From Styela clava (lineage: Eukaryota), in NCBI RefSeq assembly GCF_964204865.1, contig NC_135250.1, positions 10,974,001-11,038,000 on the forward strand: a DNA stretch of 64,000 bases, written 5' to 3'. Both the position numbers and the translations under genes were made by a program. Of the stretch, positions 15,161 to 26,970 are shown piece by piece (the first letter of the stretch is position 1; the number at the start of each line of letters is the position of its first letter). The notes beneath the pieces were generated by a model. That model had not been told where the DNA came from and did no database searches. It saw only the letters and a list, made by a program, of their open reading frames with translations.

Positions 15161-16487
15161 TATCTATGCGAAATACTAAAGAATGGAATCACGTTATCAT
15201 CAAGTTATCGTCAATGAGGGTTTTACCGGCACAAGTGCCACCAACTAACAACGAACAATTCAAGGTATGCTATCAATTTAGTTGGTTTGAAACTAATCTT
15301 TTTTCTATGACCTTTCACTGTTGGATTCCAATGCGAATGATGCAGGGCTGCTGTTGTAGTGAATGTAGTCGATTATCAATTATGTTAGTTGGAATAATTT
15401 TGACATCAGTCAGATCGAAGGCTACAGAGATTCGTTTGTGTTAGTATGCAGCAAGACTTTTGAATCAATTAGCTCGAAAATTCAACGTAGCCTATTATAT
15501 AAATGCAAAAAACATACATAAAATGTTAACATTTTATGTAGGCTATTTTAACATGCAAATAAACTCCAGATATAATTTACTCACTCACGCACTGACAGTT
15601 TTAGTCAAGATTTATGCAGTTCACATTCAAAATACAAATATTAATATGATTAAGTACAAATGTGAAAATTAGAAACTCTGTAGTAACTCGTAAATTATGA
15701 ACACGACACAAGCACATATTACACAGGTATATGCATTGCATAGTCAATAGTATAGGTTTCTGATACTATTACTTACGAATTACGATTGGCGTAAGATCGT
15801 TTTATTAACACCGGAATTTAGTTAAGATTTTATGAGACATGCTAAATAAATAAATAAGAGGTTACAAATATGAAATCATATACAATCCACGATATGTCGA
15901 AGTGGTATTTCATATTCAATGGAAGGAAGGAAGCATGTGTCATGCCTGATATTTAGCAAATAATATAAACAACTGTATGAATTTCGAGTATAATAGTTAG
16001 ATGTTTTCAATCGGACATTTAATTTGACTGCGTCCTTATACTGTAACAACCCGTATGCATCGAAGTTTATTTTCTACAAGACCTTTCGCTATAGTGAGTT
16101 ACAGGTTTAGGTTGAATCTCGAATGCTACATCGTCTATTAAAACAGCAAAGAAATATTTACAAGAGTTGAATGTCTATACTGTATACCTTATTTATGAAT
16201 GGTTAATTACTAACACTTTAATCCAGGTTATAGATTTGAAATCATACTTTAGTTAAACGATGCTAATCTAAGGATATTACTTAACCTGCCCTTCAGCTTC
16301 ACGTTAATGAAGATTCTTTAGAAAACTCACCATCAAACAAAATTTTAGTTATAGCTTACGAACTTCAGTTAAGTTGGTAGCATAGAAATTGTGCCCTTTC
16401 TTTGTGATAACCAGCGTTGCCATCAAACAGTGTTGTTGTAAATCTCTAATAAAATATGTTTCAGAGTATAAAAATATTCATAAAAGT

Positions 16488-17630
16488 ATGTATCGCATCA
16501 ATGTCGTCCGTTCTCGGATTTTTGGTTGCCATGGTCGGATTTATGCACGAGGTCAGTCTAACTAAATGAGGTCATTACCAAAGTCATTTTAAGCCCAGAA
16601 TTATACCAAAACGTTGTAAAAGCCTACATAATTAAAATCGCGTGTGATATGGTCCAAAAAATCAAGCAGAATCTGACCTGAGAAGTGTTTAAAAAAAAAC
16701 TGACCCGATTTACAACTTTGCGATGCATAAGATACAATAACTGGACATAATTTATGCGCTGATTTCAAGTCATTTAACTTGAGTTTAATAATATTGTAAT
16801 AACTAAAATTTATATCATTTTATCCTACAATTGGCGCAGTTTTCAAGATTACAAAATGTTGTCGACTTATTTGAAGAGCCAAATATTAGTATGAAATATA
16901 CAATATATATGTTATCATAAAGTTATAAATAATAATAATATAATGACCAAAATAAATGATGATACGCGACATAGGCAAATATTTTCAGCTGATAACCTTA
17001 AATGTGTTTCATAGTTGTTAAATACGTGAGTGTAGCATGGAGATAGATTAGTAGATATGACGTTTGCTTTTCTTTTTCAAAGCACTGACGATTGCAACGA
17101 ACCAACCAACAATTACAGCGAATAAACCAACGTTTGCTGCGCATAAACCAGAGTTTGCTTCATATCTACCAACGTTTGCTTCATATCAACCAACAGTCGC
17201 TTCAAATCTACCGAAGTTTGCCTCACATCAACCAAAGTTTGAACCAAATCTACCAAAGTTTGCTTCACATCAACCAAAGTTTGAACCAAATCAACCAAAG
17301 TTTGCTTCACATCAACCAAAGTTTGAACCAAATCAACCAAAGTTTGCTTCATATCAACCAAAGTTTGAATCGAATTTACCAGAGTTTGCTTCACATCAAC
17401 CAAAGTTTGAACCAAATCCACCAAAATTTGCTTCACATCAACCAAAGTTTGAACCAAATCAACCAAAGTTTGCTTCAAATCAACCGACGTTTGCTTCAAA
17501 TCAACCAATAGTTTCCCAAAATCTACCAACGATTGCTCAACATAAACCAAAGTTTGCTTCAAATCAACCAACAGTTGCTCAAAATCAACCAACGTTCGCT
17601 CAAAATCAACCAAAGTTTTCTCAGAATTAA
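16488..17630 (+). CDS. Heptad-repeat protein copy A (diverged; ~203 aa, 25 heptads such as ASHQPKF/EPNQPKF); possibly decaying
   Basis: Exon 1 16488-16551 (MYRINVVRSRIFGCHGRIYAR, donor cgag|gtcagt) and exon 2 17083-17630 (acceptor tctttttcaaag|ca) join through a phase-1 intron, homologous to copy C. The ancestral ATG is lost and the signal core is polar. The stop is a CAA>TAA change 13 codons before the ancestral stop at 17667-17669. Confidence 0.6.
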
Positions 17631-17669
17631 CCAATATTTGCACCAGACCAACCAACGCTTAAACCATAA
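17090..17669 (+). repeat. 21-bp coding tandem repeat with a 42-bp higher-order unit in the centre
   Basis: Alternating 'gcttcacatcaaccaaagttt' and 'gaaccaaatcaaccaaagttt' units. Confidence 0.95.
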
Positions 17670-18861
17670 CAAGGATAACATAAATAACATGACATAAATA
17701 TTCCAGATTGTATGATAAAAGATTCCAGAGCACCATGTTTAAACTATATCGATATACTTTATTCGTGGTCACGTAAAATCTGTTATTTTACAAAGTGACT
17801 ATTATTATCCAGGAATATATATCAAGGAATTTGATATTAATCGAAATTGTTGTGGTTACATTATATTTTTTATCTGTAAGCATAAGTTAGAGTTAAACTA
17901 AAGGTATCAAACTCATTGAAATGTATTCCCGAGTTCATGAATATTATACTACTCGAAGCACAGTCAAGTCACAATCAGACACATTTATGTTTTTCATCAA
18001 ATATATTGGAGGTTGAATCGGATTTAATCAGATTACAGTACTAATCAGAATTTGGCTTGTAATGCGTTCGTTAAAATATACAGCTATACGATATGTATGT
18101 GGAATCAGGTTATGTGCGTGTCTTGACTTTTATCAGTCAGAAGTATAAGATTTCAGAAAAAAAAATCGCCACCACCTTTCTTGTGCTAATTTTTTTGCTG
18201 CTGTTTATTTGACAAAACATTTCAGACCAAAATTTGTTTTACGTTTTCAATATGATTATTACCAATATATTATAATCAAGTTAATATTGTATCTGTCATG
18301 TATGCAGGATTAATCAAGACTATTGAGCTTATTATAAAAATAAATTTAAGCAAGAGAGCCATGCTCGAATATGTCGACAAGGTGGGCAACACAAAATATT
18401 TTATCTCATCAATTCCCTGAAAATCATACACGGTAAATTACCAGTAGCCGTATCGGGAGGCGAAGAATTCGACTACCCAGACAACTCATCAGAAACAACT
18501 CGACTACTCAGGGTACTGACGAAAATCCATTCTTCATGATTAGGTTTCAACGTGAATTAAAACACCAACTGATCCGAGTCACTTATGTATCATCAGACCA
18601 GATCCCACAGTCTACCGTTCCTAATAAAAAGTTCCCACTTTCGCTAAGCACGAGATTCGCCGACTTTCGCACAGCATAATGTCCGCTGATAAATTCCAAT
18701 GACGTCATAGCACACAAAGAAAAAATATATATCTTTCACCACTGGAAATTTCAAAGCGATTGGTCCAGTAATTAGAAATAAAAGTGATTTTTCCTAACGA
18801 TAGAAACAAAAATATCATGAACAACAACTTAATAACAAAACGAGGACCTCCTGTCCCGAAG

Positions 18862-18984
18862 AAGTGGGACACGTGGTACAAGTGGGACACGTGGTACAAG
18901 TGGCACACGTGGTACAAGTGGGAAACGGGGTACAAGTGGTACACGTGGGACAAGTGGGGCACGTGGTACAAGTGGGACACGTGG
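18862..18984. repeat. 18-bp minisatellite (aagtgggacacgtggtac) x ~7
   Basis: Directly visible, with 9-bp substructure. Confidence 0.93.
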
Positions 18985-19842
18985 AATACGACATTTTGAA
19001 GACACCGCCAAAAACAACTGATGAGTTGTGGAAATTAGGTGATAGAAGGGAAGTAAGGGGAAGATAAAATTCCGAAACAAAAATGAAAGTACAAATTTTG
19101 CACGGGATGGATAAATTCTGTTATAAAAAGCATGCGTTTGTAAAACAATTACTGAATACAATTTATACGCAGATTTCATTTCATTGGTTTTGAGTTTATT
19201 TACGGATTTAATAATATTACAACAACTAAAATCTATATCATCTTTTTACAATTTACGCAGTTCTGAAGATTGCAAAAAGTTAACTTATCGACTTATTTGA
19301 AGAGCCACATTTTAATGTTATCATACAAGCGAGCGATGCTCAAATATATGGATACGAACATCAAAACGAAGTAGAACCACAGAGATATATAAATAGAGTG
19401 CGCTTCTTTCTCGTTTCCGCGAGATTATTTGAAGGCTCTCTCGTTTTGACGATAGATTTCCAACTTTTCCGAAGCGCGTAATGCATTTCTTATGGGATTT
19501 GGCAGAAATCAATCATTTGCGTCGATTTTTCTCACATATTCGCCTGATCTTGATTCGTTTCTCATTATGTATCAAACGCTAGTATATCCCAGCTCACCAT
19601 ACGGTGCTAATTTTGGCAGTTTTATAAATTTGTGAAAGTCGTGGTTAATAATATGGCCAACGTATCAGTCAAAGGCGAACAAAAACGACCACAAAACATT
19701 AGTCAAGATGGCTTATTCGAATCGCTTCCCCATTTGTATATGGCCTTATTTTATCGCCTTACGCATTTTGCGTAACGATCTCAATATCATTGCGTGGCCT
19801 GGTTCCATAACACCCTAGCTGTACATGTAAATAGAACTAAAG

Positions 19843-20899
19843 AGCGCTCCTCAAGTGTATGTACTAATATGGAGGTAACTAATATTGTTCGCCTACTCTA
19901 CACCAATTTGTGTAAAGCAGGGATGCACGACCTTTTTGCTATTGGAGGCCACATTGCATTTATTTGTATTCGATACGGCCGCAAGGGGGCTGAAGAGCAC
20001 GCAGAACGCGCGCGATTTTTTTTTGGCTTTTATGACGCCATAACCGCGTATTTGAACCATGCGAGGTGCAGTCTGCCCACCTATAAAGTATGTAGGACTA
20101 CTTGGAAGTATAATATTCGCATTTTAAACGGATTTTTTTTCGGTGGACCTATTCTTGAGCAGATATATTGCAACAAGTTGCATAATGGTTGCACAATTTT
20201 GAAAAAAATTGAAAGTCGGGGATGGGAAGATGGGCGGTCGCTCCCATTTTCTTGTCCCCAAAAGTATAATAAAATGTCAAATATTTTAATGAATTTTTTC
20301 TATGAAAGTGTGCAAAGCACTGTAGCAATTCAATGACTCCCTTGGTCTTGCACGTGGACAGATAAACTTGCAAAGTCAGGTAACTGGCTGGATACCATCA
20401 ACCTTAGTTTAGACTCCAGCTTGACGTCTAACAATCTGGTTCGGTACTCATTTATCAGGTACGTCATTCTTGAAACGTTGCTTCGCATGTGTAAGTACTT
20501 CCAAAAAGAACGAGAGTTTTTCTTGCCAATTCTTGTAGCACTGGATATTCAACTGTGCTTTTAACGTGTCCAGCAGATTTTTCTCGTCTTTAAACTTCTG
20601 CACATGCTGTCCATCATGCTTTTTGCACCAGCATTGTCGCCAAATCCTATATTTTGAACTTTTTTTTTTCATTGAATTTTGTGTATGGAAGGCCGCATTA
20701 TTTTGTCACGACGGCCGCATACGGCCGTGCGCCGCAGGTTGTGCACCGTTGGTGTAAACGGAAGGAAACCATGGGCACAGGATATATTCACTTGGCTAAC
20801 ACACACACAATTCCCGAACTCGTAAAAGAACTAGGATAAAGAAAGTCGGAATAAAGTTATGGCCTAACCTCAATCTGGAACACAGACTACGGGAGTACC
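19843..20899 (-). mobile_element. Merlin-like MITE interrupted by a Buster/Charlie hAT element
   Basis: Ends agcgctcc...gggagtacc with 8-bp TSD aactaaag/aactaaat. Both halves are homologous to the intact copy at 25631-25853. Confidence 0.8.
19918..20751 (-). mobile_element. Non-autonomous Buster/Charlie-type hAT element carrying a transposase C-terminal remnant
   Basis: TIRs cagggatgcacgacc / ggttgtgcaccgttg and TSD gtgtaaag/gtgtaaac. Minus strand ~20570-20330 reads EYPVLQELARKTLVLFGSTYTCEATF/RMTYLINEYRTRLLD..LRL..DQGSH* (GTF2IRD2-like dimerisation domain, one frameshift). Confidence 0.85.
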
Positions 20900-21048
20900 A
20901 ACTAAATTGCGTTTCGCCCTCTGTCGAAGACTTGGGGATGAAATCTTCCCCGTGGAGGTTATTGCATTTTTATGATATTATTTGAAAACAATTGTTTCCA
21001 CTTTCTCACTTCTTTCCGGCTTCGCATTTCTTAGCCTTAGACCTCATA

Positions 21049-23121
21049 ATGAATAAGGTTGATGCACTACTCGCAGCTGCCGCTGGAACAAAAATTAGAG
21101 GTACAACGTCTTGGGCCTTATCAACCAAAAAATTGTTCACTGAAACAGTCCCATGACGGAGGAAAGCGTCGGCGTACATTCTGCGCAGAAACTTGGTATA
21201 AAAAACACGAATGGTTGTGTTACAGCGAGGACAAAAATGCACTTTTTTGTTTTTATTGCCTACTTTTTGCTATCGCCCGTGACTCACGTTGGTGTAAATT
21301 TGGTTTTAGAGATCTTAAACATCTTTCCGAGCGTGCCAGGGATCATCAATCTTCTATGGAGCATCTGGACAATGCAGTAAAATACCGAACATTCGGAAAT
21401 GTTAATATTGCAGCACAGTTGGATGAAGGACGCGCGGTTTCTATTCGTCGGCACAACCAAAACGTCGAGAAAAACCGCCATGTTCTCGGTCGATTGATAG
21501 ATGTTTTGAAGTTCATTGGTTGTCACGAGCTGTCCCTCCGTGGGCACGATGAACGGGCTGGCTCTTCTAATAGAGGGGTATTTTTGGATATGGTGGAATA
21601 CATCGCATCCCTAGATACAGTATTGAGAGATCATCTTGATGCCGAAACTGTTTCGAAAGGGACATCTAAGGATATCCAAAATGATTTGCTCGACTCAATG
21701 TATAAAATTTATTTACAAGACTTGGCTCTGGAAATTGAGAATTGCCAGTTCCTTTCGATTCAGTCTGACGAGACAACTGACATCACGTGCGTTTCCCAAC
21801 TGGCTGTGATTTTTCGGTTTGTGAAAGATGGTAAACCTACCGAGAGATTTCACAGCTTTGTACCAATCGTTGATCGCACGGCTTGCGGGATATCGGCTGT
21901 ACTGAAAGAAGTGTTACAGCCTTACAACGCGAAGTCAAAATTGATAGCCCAAACTTATGACGGCGCGGCAGTCATGAGTGGGTCGAAACAAGGTGTTCAA
22001 GTTTATATAAAAGAGGATTTTCCTCATGCGCATTTTTTACATTGTTATGCACACCAATTTAACCTCGTTATCAAAAATATGTGTCTTGATACCCCTCTTG
22101 TCCGTATATTTTTTGCAAATGTTTCGGGGTTTTCTTCATTTTTTTCCGTTTCGCCGAAGCGCTCTGACCTCCTTCGCCAGATATGTAGCCGCCGTCTCCC
22201 AGCTTGTGCACCAACACGTTGGAACTTCCTATCACGCGTGGTGCAGGGCGTGTCCGAAATTAGGTCTGAGCTCATTGAGAGTTTCAATGGCATTCAGAGC
22301 TCTCCGGTTTGGGACGAACGCTCTGTGAGGGAGGCGGCAGGTCTAAAGCGTCTGCTAGAAGATGGTGAGTTTTCATTTTTTCTCGCTTTTTTCTCCACAA
22401 TATTCTATCACGTGGATGTATTATACGGCGCATTGCAGTCAAGGCTAATGGATGGAGCGTCTGTGCAGTCGTGTATTTCAGACTTCTGCGATGCTGTATC
22501 TCGTATCCGGGAAACATAAAAATACGACGACACATGGAGTGCTTCTTTACGCCGCGGGCAAACAACGCAGCTTTTGATTTTGTCTGCAAAGGAATGCTGT
22601 GACATTCTGGTGAATCAGATATGCGATCGTCTGCGCACTGAACACCTTGCCGCGTTCTCTTTGATAAACCCAAAAATTTTTCAAAATTTGCACGTCAATT
22701 TCCCATCCATTTGTTGGCTACTGTCTCCAAATTTTACCCCATGATAAACGTGGGTAAATTGGAAAATGAATTGCGATGTATATACACCAATCAAACTTTT
22801 TTAAAAATCACATCAACTTGCGCGCTCTATGAGTTCCTCATAGATAACACTCTAGTAACTACCTTTGCGGCGTCTGCAAAATTTCTGGACATCATTTTGA
22901 CGACGCCTATTTCTTCCGCCGACGCAGAGCGAACATTCAGCACGCTGAAGCGTATTAAAACGTATCTCAGAAACACAATGAAGCAAGATAGATTAAATTC
23001 CTTGGCTGTTTTATCCATTCACAAAGACGTTATTTCTGGGATGAATGACTTTAATCAGCGCGTTATTGAGCATTTTGCTTCCAAGAAACCGCGGCGTGTT
23101 GGATATATGTTCAAGCAGTAG
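21049..23121 (+). pseudogene. hAT transposase (ZMYM1-like, TTF zinc finger + DUF4371-type), disrupted
   Basis: Motifs 'WLCYS..LFCFYC', 'SDETTD', 'QTYDGAAVMSG', 'HCYAH', 'TRW' and 'AERTFSTLKRIKTYLRNTM'. In-frame TAA at 22517-22519, a frameshift near 22672 and a probable further frameshift just after the ATG at 21049. Confidence 0.92.
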
Positions 23122-23954
23122 AAGTCTAGCAGCATATATATCTATGAATGAGCGACGCATGTCCTTATCTTTGCATTAACTTTCCTTTCTTCATAGTAAC
23201 GTTTTAAACCTTATTTTAGGTTTTGTCTGCTTTCCCGAAGTTTCTGTTAATATGTCATTGTATTTATATGGGTAAATATTGCTTTCCTTTTGAAAGAGGT
23301 CCCAAAATAAACTATGTCTATATCTATTAATCCCTTGACTTGGACTGGTTTTAAAGACACTTTCTTATCGTTAAAAATTGTCGCTTTTGCCGATTGGTTG
23401 TTACCGATGGAATGGTTTTTATACTCATAAAATGATGGGAGAACTCACAGCGCTCATCCTGTCTCCGTAGATGGGGGTGACTTGGTCCCGCAGTAGCTTG
23501 CCCCGGTTGTCAAAATGACCACGCGCCGCCACTGGGTCACAGTACACTATCGAAACCGCAGTCCCGCACGACTAACGCAAACCAAGAACTGCCACAATGT
23601 ACGCACTTTTTAAGGACAGCACACAAAAAACGATCTCTATAGTCCAGTGATTGGAGAGGAAAGAGACTTTTTCACAATAATAAGAAGAAAAATACTAACA
23701 ACAAAAATAAGAACAATAACATAATAACAAAACGACGCATGTGTACACTTCCTGTTAAATAATAATATAATAACCATAATAAGTGACGGTACACAACACA
23801 GGAAAATGCTGTTAGATAATTGGCTTGAATGTGCTCAATAGATGTTTAACTCGTGAATGTAGCGCTATGATAGAGTAGTAAACATGCATCACGTTTACTT
23901 TATTGACACGAAATGGACCTATGGATCGTTTTGTTGTTATGTTGTTGTTGTTCA

Positions 23955-24040
23955 AATTCAATCAATCAAATTTTGCACGAAATCAATCAACGTTTGCTCC
24001 AAATTACCCACAGTTTGCTTTAAATCAAACAACGTTTGTT
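23955..24040 (+). pseudogene. Heptad-repeat gene copy B remnant (~4 degenerate heptads)
   Basis: Translates FNQSNFARNQSTFAPNYPQFALNQTTFV. Intron-homologous sequence lies at 19140-19320 and 23757-23900, split by an insertion. The splice acceptor is replaced by a repeat fragment at 23901-23952. Confidence 0.75.
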
Positions 24041-25630
24041 GATGTTAACAGTTTTGTTCTTGTGTCTTCTGAATTGACAGCTAGATCAATGGCATGAATA
24101 GGATAATATTATAATTATGCTTATTATAATCAATATTTTATTATAATTTGTTATATTATAATAAAAATTGAGCTTGATATTTTTCGAAGAAAATTCAATT
24201 TGAAAAATATTCAATTTTTTTTATATTTGTACATATTTATACCACAAAAAGTATTTCCCATTTTCGTAGAATTATAATATGGTACATATGTATTTCATCT
24301 TTCATGAGAAATCTGCTTCAATCAAAATCACATGCGATCACATAGAAAACCACAAAATTTACAGTGAAGTAACGAGCAATTCTTGTAACCTTGAATCCAT
24401 TCAATAAATTTTGTAAAAAGTCAGGTTAACGAGCAAGTAACCTTGTCTTCCAAAAAGACAATAGTGAAATCTGGTAACTGGTAACTAACTGGACTTGGCG
24501 CGCGGTGACATCGATCCCGAAATTGTACGCACGAAAATTGTGAACGAAACTCATTATCTGATCACTCGCCTGCGACAGCAGTCTGGGTCCGAGGAGCATA
24601 TTTAATTACAGTTGCCTTGCCCTACTTACCTTTTTGTAGACGGAGCTTCCGAATCAGCGTAAAATTTGTATTGTATAACAATAATCGATTGCACATTTGT
24701 TTGGGTATCATGAAACATGTGATGAACAGGCAATGGCCCACAAAATTTCACGTCGCTATGAGGTAATAGTACGTCAAGATGTATCGTACATCGTGCATAT
24801 ACATAATTGTCTTCCAGTCCCCACTGCTCTAGCTTAAAGTAGGCACAGCTTGATTGATACTTTCACGATCTTTTTTTGTAGCGCACAAATTGTGTGTAAG
24901 TTATAGAATAAAAAAAACAATATAAAAAAATTTCTATAAAATATTTCAATACAATGAAATTGAAGATCCCCACGTTGAAAGCTGCCCAACACAGTATATA
25001 TATTCCATTCGATATGCCTTCATGGCCCCTAATAAGAACGCCGAAGGTTGGTGAAATTGCCCCGCAGATCATTGAAAACACAAAGTTTATATTTATGTAT
25101 GGTGAAGAGTTGAAGATATTATTATTGAGTACAAACGGAAAAGAGGAAACTCTGTACGCTAGGAACTCCGGGCACGAAAAATGCACATACATATTACATA
25201 ATATGCCTATATGTATAGTTAAAATTATGGGTTTTTGATAAAAATTCATTTTATTACCGCGGTATGCTTTAAATAAAAGGTTAAAAACATGAAGTCTAAT
25301 AAGTCCACATCATGTCAAAGTCCACCATCAAATACCCAATATAGAAGGAAGGAAGCACATAAGCCAGTATCCACATAATGCATTCCAATAAAATCACTGT
25401 GTTATGCCCGACCTTTAGCACTTAGTAGAAACAACTGAAATGAATTTCATAAAATATATATAAATAGACGTTTTTAATCGGGCATTGACTTAGATTGTCT
25501 GCGTCCTTATGCTGCAACATCTTACATTTATAGGTATGTATATATATTTGATAGATCTTAGGCTATAGTGGGTTTCAGATATAGATTTCAACTCGAATGC
25601 TTTATTTTCCACAAAATTAGCAGTTAAATC

Positions 25631-25853
25631 GGTACTCCCGTAGTCTGTGTACCAGGTTAGGGTTAGGGCATAATTTTTTCCCGATTTTCCTTATTTTAGT
25701 TCTATTACGTCTTACGAAGTTTGAGTATTGTCTGTGTTAGCCAAGTGAATATACCCCTGCTCATAAGTTTCAGTCCCTTTACACAACTTGATGAAAGGTA
25801 TAGGCGAACAAAATTAGTTACCTTCATATTGGTACACACACTTCTGGAGCGCC
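25631..25853 (+). mobile_element. Merlin-like MITE
   Basis: Ends ggtactcc/ggagcgcc with TSD gttaaatc/gttgaatc. Absent from the paralogous site in unit D (~29255). Confidence 0.85.
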
Positions 25854-26121
25854 GTTGAATCTTTACAAAAATTCGGTGAATATATATTTTGTTTTTATAA
25901 AGAGTTAATCGCTAACATTCTAATCGGTGTCGTTTATTTAATGGAATCATAATTTATATGGACGCGACTTATTTAAAAATATTTTGCATTAAAACTTGTG
26001 ACCTTAACTCAAGTTAGTAGTATGAAAACTGAGTTTCTTCCTCGTGATACCCAGCATTGCGAGTAAATCTGTGGTTAAATGTGTTACAGCTAACAAAGAT
26101 ATTCAGAAACAAGCAACTACC

Positions 26122-26970
26122 ATGAAAAGTATATATTACATCAACGCCGTTTGCTTGCTGATTCTCAGTTACTCTGGTCAGATTAACGGACGAGGTGAGA
26201 GTAATTGAGTAGGAGCCATTATGTATTTGAAGTTATCCCCAAACCCAAAGTATTTCAAAACGTTGCAAATTTCGAACGGATTAAATTTTAAAGTGAGGTG
26301 ATCTGAAAAAATTCCAGCCTAATTCGGATCGAGATGTGTAAGAGAACTGGTACCTAGCTTATAACTTTACGATTATCCATTGACAATTACTGATATTATT
26401 TCACGCGCTGTTTTCAATCCATGTCTTTGTTATTTTTATGGCAACTAAATTTTTTTTTAACTGATGAGGTAAAAAGTAAAGAGCCAAATTAGGGAATACG
26501 TTATGATATGTCACTTTTTTAGCCTAATAGGATACAATTAAATTAATATCTGTTTAATACCTGAGCGTACCGTGAAGCAATGAGTTCTCATTGCGTGAAG
26601 AGAGCGAAAATATAACCTTTGTTTTTTTCTTTTCAAAGCACTATTCGCACCAAATCAACCAATCTATGCACCAAATCAACCAACATTCACACCTAATCAG
26701 CCAACGTTCACACCAATTCAACCAACATTTGCACGAAATCAACCAACCTTTGCATCAAATCAACCAACATTCGCACCAAATCAGCCACCGTTTACACCAA
26801 TTCAACTAACATTTGCACCAAATCAGCCAACCTTTGTACCAAATCAAACAACATTCGCACCAAATCAACCAACGTTTACACCAAATCAACCAACATTTGC
26901 ACCAAATCAACCAACCTTTGCACCAAATCAACCAACATTCGGACCAAATCAACCAACATTTGCTCCATAA
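26122..26970 (+). CDS. Secreted heptad-repeat protein copy C (intact; 134 aa = signal peptide + 15x APNQPTF)
   Basis: Exon 1 26122-26194 encodes MKSIYYINAVCLLILSYSGQINGR (signal-peptide-like; donor cgag|gtgaga). Exon 2 26639-26970 (acceptor tttttttcttttcaaag|ca) is in phase and open to TAA. Much of the unit-to-unit variation is synonymous in this frame (aca/acg/acc, ttt/ttc, caa/cag, cca/cct). Confidence 0.8.
26647..26967 (+). repeat. 21-bp tandem repeat, 15 units (gcaccaaatcaaccaacattt)
   Basis: Directly visible periodicity. Confidence 0.95.

Larger units (their letters stand above)
19383..23534 (+). mobile_element. hAT DNA transposon (ZMYM1-like), 3' TIR present, 5' TIR not found
   Basis: The 3' end reads ...tgaccacgcgccgccactg (reverse complement cagtggcggcgcgtggtca) at 23516-23534. 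The left boundary is approximate. Confidence 0.7.

Noticed and set aside
18784-19179. Trp/Tyr/Lys-rich (KWDTWY)n or (VPRVPL)n peptides
   Set aside because: Translations of an 18-bp minisatellite with no ATG, signal peptide or splice support; unit variation is non-synonymous in the KWDTWY frame.
24863-25249. ORFs repeated at 24.9 kb and 28.6 kb
   Set aside because: The similarity is explained by the segmental duplication. The two copies differ by frameshifts and show no recognisable domain.
26639-26970. Heptads as RNA polymerase II CTD or a neuropeptide precursor
   Set aside because: The consensus is not YSPTSPS and no RPB1 body is present. There are no repeated KR/RR or Gly-amidation sites.
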